A DNA stretch of 63,539 bases, the filler included, from Thraustochytrium aureum (taxonomy: Eukaryota): assembly GCA_012862495.1 (NCBI GenBank). It is 5 parts of 2 records of this genome, joined end to end, with 100 filler letters (N's around TTAATTAATTAA, not from the genome) between each part and the next. Parts side by side here need not be neighbours in the genome. Positions count along the whole stretch, not along the records: positions 57,963 to 61,634 come from BLSG01000378.1; positions 61,735 to 63,539 come from BLSG01000399.1; 3 more parts are not named here. One strand, written 5' to 3'. This document shows positions 57,964 to 63,539 of the stretch, in pieces. The translations under genes were made by a program, and so were the position numbers. Under the pieces are notes generated by a model. It did no database searches, was not told the DNA's origin, and saw only the letters and a program-made list of their open reading frames with translations. Position 1 is the first letter of the stretch; every line of letters starts with the position of its first letter.

Positions 57964-59099
57964 GCCAGGACTGAGAAGGGGAAGGAGGCCGCGCCGTTTC
58001 GGTCGGTCGCCTGGCTCGCGCAGCACCTTGGCGCGGCGCACGGGATACCGTGGGCGGTGCGGAGCGCGCTGGTCAGTTTTGAGCCGAGCGACACCTGGGC
58101 AGGGTTCGTGGAGCACGTGTGGCCGGAAGAGGTCCACAGGGTAGACCTTGGCAAGCTGTGGGTGCGGCACGCTGGACTCGGGGCCGCGCCGCTGCACGTG
58201 GAGCGGTTTGGGAGGCTACGGGAACTGCGCTTGCTCGACTGCGACGCCGTTGGCACAGACCTACAGTGCCTGCACGGATGCGCGGCGCTCGAGTCGCTCT
58301 ACCTTGGGAACTGCGAGCTGCTCGAGACCCTCGGAGGGGTGGAGGCCTGCACCAGACTGCGCACCGTGCAGCTCGTCGAGCTGGCCGCGCTGGAGAGCGT
58401 CTCTGCGCTTGGCGCATGCGCCAAGCTTGAGATGCTGCGGCTTGTCTCTCTGCGGTCGCTGAACGACATCGACGTTCTGGCGGCGCTGACACGGTTGTGC
58501 CACGTGTCTGTCATAAGCTGCGAGCGTCTGACGGCCGCGGCGTGTGTCGGGGGGCGCCGGGCCCGCGGCGCTCGGCCACGTTACGCTGGCCTTTCAGCCG
58601 CTGATCGAGGACCTTGGCTGGCTGGCGACGCCTCGGTGCGCCACCGGTCTCTGCGCTGCACGTCATCTACTGCGGGATCGTCGACGTGCGGCCCCTGGCA
58701 GCCCTCGCCCTCTCACTTCGCAAGCTCTCTCTGGCGTTCCTTGCAGAACTCGAGACGCTAGAGGGTCTCGAGCACTGCGCGGCGCTCGAGACCGTCAGCC
58801 TGGAGGGCTGCACGCTCCTCCGCTCGCTGGACGAGCTTGTCGCAGCGGCCGGCCTGCAGTCGCTGTGCCTCAGCGGCTGCGTCTCGCTAGAGCGCGTTCC
58901 TGGCTTTATGCTCCAGGAGTCTGGCACTGGATGGGGGGCCGCGCTTTCCAGAGTCCAAGTTGACCAGCGCTGCGTGGCGCCTGGGCTGAAAGAACTCTGC
59001 GAGCGGGCCGCTAGGACCGCCAACCTTTTGGCGTCTGCGACTCAGTTCGACCCGTCGACGCGCATGCCGCGTAAGTGTGGCCCCAGCAATTGCACGTGA
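57964..59099 (+). CDS. Leucine-rich-repeat protein; 5'-truncated, frameshifted ~58550
   Basis: Repeated L..C..LESL.L..C..L..L units (GCAALESLYLGNCELLETL; HCAALETVSLEGCTLLRSL). Confidence 0.8.
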
Positions 59100-59834
59100 T
59101 TGTCGCGTGCTTTTGCGGATGGCGCCGGGTTTGCTTCGTCGCGTTCAGGAGCGGCACATGTGCGCTGTCGGAGGAAGCGCTACTGTCAGTGCAACCGAGC
59201 TAAGGAAAATGCGATTGGCGGAGCATCCTCGTGGTGTGCACGCCGCACTTGAGGCGTACGCCTGTGCCCCACGCGTTGCCATTGAGACCGGAGCCGGCAG
59301 GCTGTTCAATCAAGGGCGATCGTCAGCGAAATTCGTCACGGACTCTTCGTGCCGACATCGCAACGCCAGCATCATTCGTCAGGTTCTTCGCCATCGTCAG
59401 GCTCTTTGGTGGTGACGTTGTGAGTCCGGGCCCAATGTGACCCGGCTCTTCAGTTCGCGGCCTCGGTCGCGTGCAGAGGGTCGCGCGCAGAGCGTCGCGC
59501 GCAGAGTCCCTCCTCGAGCCGCCAAAGGAGGCAGCCTCTGGAGCCTTCTGAGAACGAGCAGTGGACCATTCAAAGAGGCATTCACTGGCAAAGACAAAAT
59601 TGGCGCAGAAACCGAGTCCGTGCCCACACAGGACAGCGAGAATGCGCGCCCCCGCGCATCGCTCGTATCCAAGCAATACAAGCAAAACGAGAAAGGGTCA
59701 ATTTCGTGGATGCCGGTACGCAACAACATGTTCTCTTTCAGAAAACGAGAACGCGCAACGCGGCCAGTTGAACAAAGTGACAGTCAGGGCATCAGGCGGG
59801 CCGGGCCGCCGTCATCGCTGCAAGGTGATCGGGT

Positions 59835-61142
59835 TCACTTCCCTTCCGTGCGGGTAGCCAGGTGTCCGTCTGGACGTCTACTGAACCACGCACGACTTTT
59901 TTGGCGGGGTGGCAAAGGCCGCGCTCGGAGCTTGGCCAGCCTGTCCTCCTCCTCGGGCAACGCCGCCGTTGTTGTCGAACTGGCCACCTTTGACGCGAGG
60001 TGGGCGGGCTTTGGGGCGAGCTCTTGCACGCACGAGTCTCGAAACTCGGGGAAAGAGGCGAGCAGCGAGCCGCCGATCCAAGCCCCGTAGCGACGATTCT
60101 GCGGCGCGTGGACCTTGATGGCCAAGTCTGGGAGGAGCTTGCGCAGCTCGAGCTCGAGCCGCGCGTCCATGCCCGCAAACTGCGAGTTGCCTCCCGACAG
60201 AACGATGTTGGATGTGAGCGACTCTAGCGTGGGCTTGCTGCGCTGCACAGCCAAAAGCGACTCGCTCACAACCTCTTGCAGTCGCTGCGCAAGCGCGATC
60301 TCCTTCACCAGGCTCGGGTCGAAGAGGAGCTCCGGGCAAATGTACCGCTCGCGGCTCAGCACCAAGGTCGACTCGTCGCTGCCCGGGACGGAGAAGGGGC
60401 GGTCGAGTTCTCGCTCCTTCTTGGCGCCCTCCTTGGCGGGATCGAGCGCAACGTAGCACATGTCCTCCTTGACTCGGCGGGCGACCTGCGTCTCGGTGAG
60501 CTCGTCAGGTGCAAAGCCTGGGTACCGGTCGAAAAGCAGCAGCCGCATATGCTGCGTCAGGTGGCGCCCTCCCATGTACCAGCAGCGCACCGCCGGCATG
60601 ACGATGTGGCCCTCGATCACCGGGACAATCATGGTCGACTCGAAACCAGAGTCCACCACAAGTCCGGTGGTGCGCGCTGTGGAGAGCAGCGCGAGGACCT
60701 GTCCCACCGACACGTAAACTGCGGCGACCTTGAGCGTCTTGAGCATCAGGCGGGTCAGGCGCTCGCGGCTGCCTTTTGGCGCCAGCGGGGACTCGGTGAC
60801 GACCACGGGATACTCGGACGGATTCACGCGGAGCTCGTTGACGAAAACGTGCGACCAGACCTTCTCCATGGCGTCCCAGTCCTCCACGACGCCTCGCAGG
60901 ATCGGGTACTTGGCCTGCTGGAGCGGCGCCGCGCGGTCGCCCACCGCGAGCGGGAGGTCGCGGCCCACATCCGCGACGAGCGTGGCAAACACAGCGAACG
61001 GCTCGGCGTGCCCATTAAACCCTGCCTTGAGCAGCCCGGACCCGTTGTCGATGACCAGCACAGACTCTTGCGTATCCATATCCTCCAGCAACGCGTTCTG
61101 AATCGCTTTCTGCAGCGCTTTCACCGTCAGCGTGGCCTCCAT
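59835..61142 (-). CDS. Divergent actin-related protein
   Basis: LVIDNGSGLLKAGF, KYPILRGVVEDWDAMEKVW, TGLVVDSG, ERYICPELLFDPS, NIVLSGGNSQFAG, AWIGGSLLAS. Confidence 0.9.
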   Translation of the reverse strand: MEATLTVKALQKAIQNALLEDMDTQESVLVIDNGSGLLKAGFNGHAEPFAVFATLVADVGRDLPLAVGDRAAPLQQAKYPILRGVVEDWDAMEKVWSHVFVNELRVNPSEYPVVVTESPLAPKGSRERLTRLMLKTLKVAAVYVSVGQVLALLSTARTTGLVVDSGFESTMIVPVIEGHIVMPAVRCWYMGGRHLTQHMRLLLFDRYPGFAPDELTETQVARRVKEDMCYVALDPAKEGAKKERELDRPFSVPGSDESTLVLSRERYICPELLFDPSLVKEIALAQRLQEVVSESLLAVQRSKPTLESLTSNIVLSGGNSQFAGMDARLELELRKLLPDLAIKVHAPQNRRYGAWIGGSLLASFPEFRDSCVQELAPKPAHLASKVASSTTTAALPEEEDRLAKLRARPLPPRQKSRAWFSRRPDGHLATRTEGK

Positions 61143-61678
61143 CGCGCCCACCCCGGTGTGCGTACGTGCGTCAGTGCGTCAATCCCCCAACCCAAGCCAA
61201 TCCCTCCGGCGCCGCAGCGCGCACGGCCCGCCAACGCGCCCCGGCGGCCACCGCGCCCGTAGCCGGCCCACCGCCTCGACCAGTCGGTCCGCTGCGCGGG
61301 TCGCCGAGGCGCGCAGCGTTCCTACAGGCTCTGCCTGCTGCTGACGCCGAGTCTGCTTGTGTGCGCTGCTGCGAGGCTGCTGCGGCAGAGCTGCAAGTGC
61401 GTGCGTGCGTGCGTGTTGGCGTGCGTGCGTGCTGGCGGGCGGGCGGTGCGGCGGCCTGCGAGGCGCGGGCATCTTGTGCGTGGCGGGATCTCACTGGACC
61501 TGATCCGTGCAGGTGGTTTTGTGAGCGTCTATCTTCTGTGCGCCTGGAAGGCGCGAGGCTGGGTCAAGGCTGCCCTCTCCAGCCCCCGTCTTGCGGCCCA
61601 GCGTTGCGTGCGCCCTGCCGCCGCCCAGGCGAAANNNNNNNNNNNNNNNNNNNNNNNNNNNNNNNNNNNNNNNNNNNN

Positions 61679-61690
61679 TTAATTAATTAA
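61679..61690. other. Artificial scaffold-joining linker
   Basis: TTAATTAATTAA within N runs. Confidence 0.97.
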
Positions 61691-61771
61691 NNNNNNNNNN
61701 NNNNNNNNNNNNNNNNNNNNNNNNNNNNNNNNNNTCTCTCTGCTCGTGAGGCGAACGGTGCGGGTGCGCGT

Positions 61772-63163
61772 ATGGGGTTGTACTCGCCAGCGGTTCGGCC
61801 TGATGCTCGGCCACCTGTGAACTATCCGCCACGTTGGGAATGGCGCAGAGCTGGCGCGGCAGCGCTTGCCTTTGCCGCGGCGGCGGCGGTCGCCGATGCT
61901 GTCAGGGTGGGCTTTAGGACGCTGTGGGTTGCTGATGCGCTGGCGACTATGCTGCTGGCTGCCGCGGGGTTCGGCGTCGTGTCGCGCGTGGTGCTCGGAC
62001 GGGACGACGTTTTTGGAAGCAGGTACGGGTCGCGGCGCGAGTTCGTCAAGCTTTGCCTTATCGTTGGCGCCCTGTGGGGCCCCGTGCTGCAGCACTCGGT
62101 TCGCGCGAGCAACACGTATCTGTACGCAGCGGGAATGCACTTGGGGAGCTATTTTGTTTACCTTGACAATGTCGCTGTGCTGCAGAGCTTTGGCTGCAAG
62201 GTGATCCAGCCAGGCGGGTGGCGCGCGATGACGCCCGCGGAGGGCTCCGTGGGAGCGGCCCTTGTTGCGGTGTTGGCGGCTGCATTTGCTGCTTTGCTCA
62301 CGTATTGGCTCGCAGATCCACGGGCGCTGGCCCAAGCCGGGCTGGCATACGGTGCTGCGGCGGGCGCGCTCGCGGGCCTCCGGAGGGCGCTCGGGCCAGA
62401 CTGGGAGTTTCACTTCCACCACTACTTTAACATGCTCCTGCTTCTACCTTTAACTGCATTCCCGTGGCGGGGCGCGGCGGTTTGCCAGAGCGTGCTTCTC
62501 GGCGCCCTCGTTGAAGGCGTCGCTGTGTGGGGAGCCGACCCCATTCTCCATTACCCCCTGTCGCGCGGGACGGACATGTCGACACAGTTTTGGACCGACC
62601 TCGTCTTGCGCATGGGGCCAAACCGCGCGGGGTGGCTGGGTGTGCTGCGTTCGCTGGAGGTGATCTTTGCAGCCGCAGAGCCGGCCGCGCACCGCCTCGA
62701 CATGTATTCCGGCGACGTTGGGCTAGCGCTCGCAGCACTTCGCACAGACATACGGCGGCTCGATGCGGTGTCGGGGACCACCAGCGCTGCATCTCTCGAC
62801 CTCGCCGCTCGAAATGCTTCAATGCTACTTGGGGCCAAGAAGTTTGGTGACGAGCTGACAAAAAGCGGCGACACACTGGCGCTTCTTGCCTTTTTCGATA
62901 CGGTTTTTCAAGGCCTGCTCGCGGGTTCACGCGATCTCGCGCGCATGGGCCCGCCGGCGCTGGGGCTTTCGCCAGCGCAGGGCTCGCAGTGTTTCACGCT
63001 GCTGCGCTGGCTGCGCGACGAGTTTTCTGTTCGGCACCCGCGGCTCGACCCGGACGCGTTCACATGGACGGTGTTTTTAATGAAGGATTCTCTTGGCGAA
63101 CTGGAGCGCGAGCGCCTGTTCCAGCTCGAGTGTCTTGTCGTGGAGGCGTTTCGATCGCGCTAG
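61772..63163 (+). CDS. Multi-pass membrane protein with HFHHY motif and soluble helical C-terminal domain
   Basis: About 7-8 hydrophobic segments; WEFHFHHYFNMLLLLP...LLGALVEGVAVWGADPIL. Confidence 0.7.
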   Translation: MGLYSPAVRPDARPPVNYPPRWEWRRAGAAALAFAAAAAVADAVRVGFRTLWVADALATMLLAAAGFGVVSRVVLGRDDVFGSRYGSRREFVKLCLIVGALWGPVLQHSVRASNTYLYAAGMHLGSYFVYLDNVAVLQSFGCKVIQPGGWRAMTPAEGSVGAALVAVLAAAFAALLTYWLADPRALAQAGLAYGAAAGALAGLRRALGPDWEFHFHHYFNMLLLLPLTAFPWRGAAVCQSVLLGALVEGVAVWGADPILHYPLSRGTDMSTQFWTDLVLRMGPNRAGWLGVLRSLEVIFAAAEPAAHRLDMYSGDVGLALAALRTDIRRLDAVSGTTSAASLDLAARNASMLLGAKKFGDELTKSGDTLALLAFFDTVFQGLLAGSRDLARMGPPALGLSPAQGSQCFTLLRWLRDEFSVRHPRLDPDAFTWTVFLMKDSLGELERERLFQLECLVVEAFRSR

Positions 63164-63539
63164 ACTTTCCAGCTCGGGTAGCGTCCAGCAGGTCGACCTG
63201 CGAGCAGCAGATGGATGAAGCGAGCCTCGCCGACGTTGGCGCGCTGTGCGCGACGCAAGGATAAGCAGAGCGGCACGAGATCGGTCGTGTCTAGTTGGCA
63301 ACGAGACGGGTGCAGAGATGGCGATTCCGCCAGAACGAGCTCGAGGGGCAGTCATGGGCATCGTTAACGCCGAGAATGCTCTGCTACTGAGTAGGCTACG
63401 TTCGAGGGCGGCGCGGCGGGAGGAGCTGGCGACGGAGCTGAACGGGGTCGAGACCTGACGGCGGTTATCGCGGCCAGCCAGCAGCAACCCGCAGTGGTGC
63501 CCACCACCACGCGACTTGTGAGCCGCTTTGGCGGCGGCA

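Overview
GC-rich, gene-dense, intron-poor eukaryotic draft sequence. Gene content and style suggest a flagellated protist, plausibly a stramenopile such as a thraustochytrid (inference only). The window is at least five unrelated scaffolds joined by artificial N-TTAATTAATTAA-N linkers (22338, 51105, 57907, 61679). It also has many N gaps and frequent single-base indels that split otherwise intact genes. About 25 genes or fragments are recognisable: ubiquitin, a voltage-sensor/ion-channel-type adenylyl cyclase, a PNRC-motif protein, an RBM39-like splicing factor, UFL1, an AAAP/SLC38 transporter, enoyl-CoA hydratase, an ankyrin protein, a MORN plus 4xEF-hand protein, a degenerate myosin, a ~1900 aa multidomain surface protein, exportin-T, an ankyrin-TKL kinase, ACSF2, a MATE transporter, a prion-like tail, an SGNH esterase-amidohydrolase fusion, a lipoyl-like plus SAM fragment, LRR proteins, a divergent actin-related protein and an HHY-motif membrane protein. 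The most notable candidates are the in-frame esterase-amidohydrolase fusion, the myosin lacking switch II, the giant surface protein, the voltage-sensor cyclase and the lipoyl-SAM pairing. I saw no rRNA, tRNA, CRISPR array or transposase.
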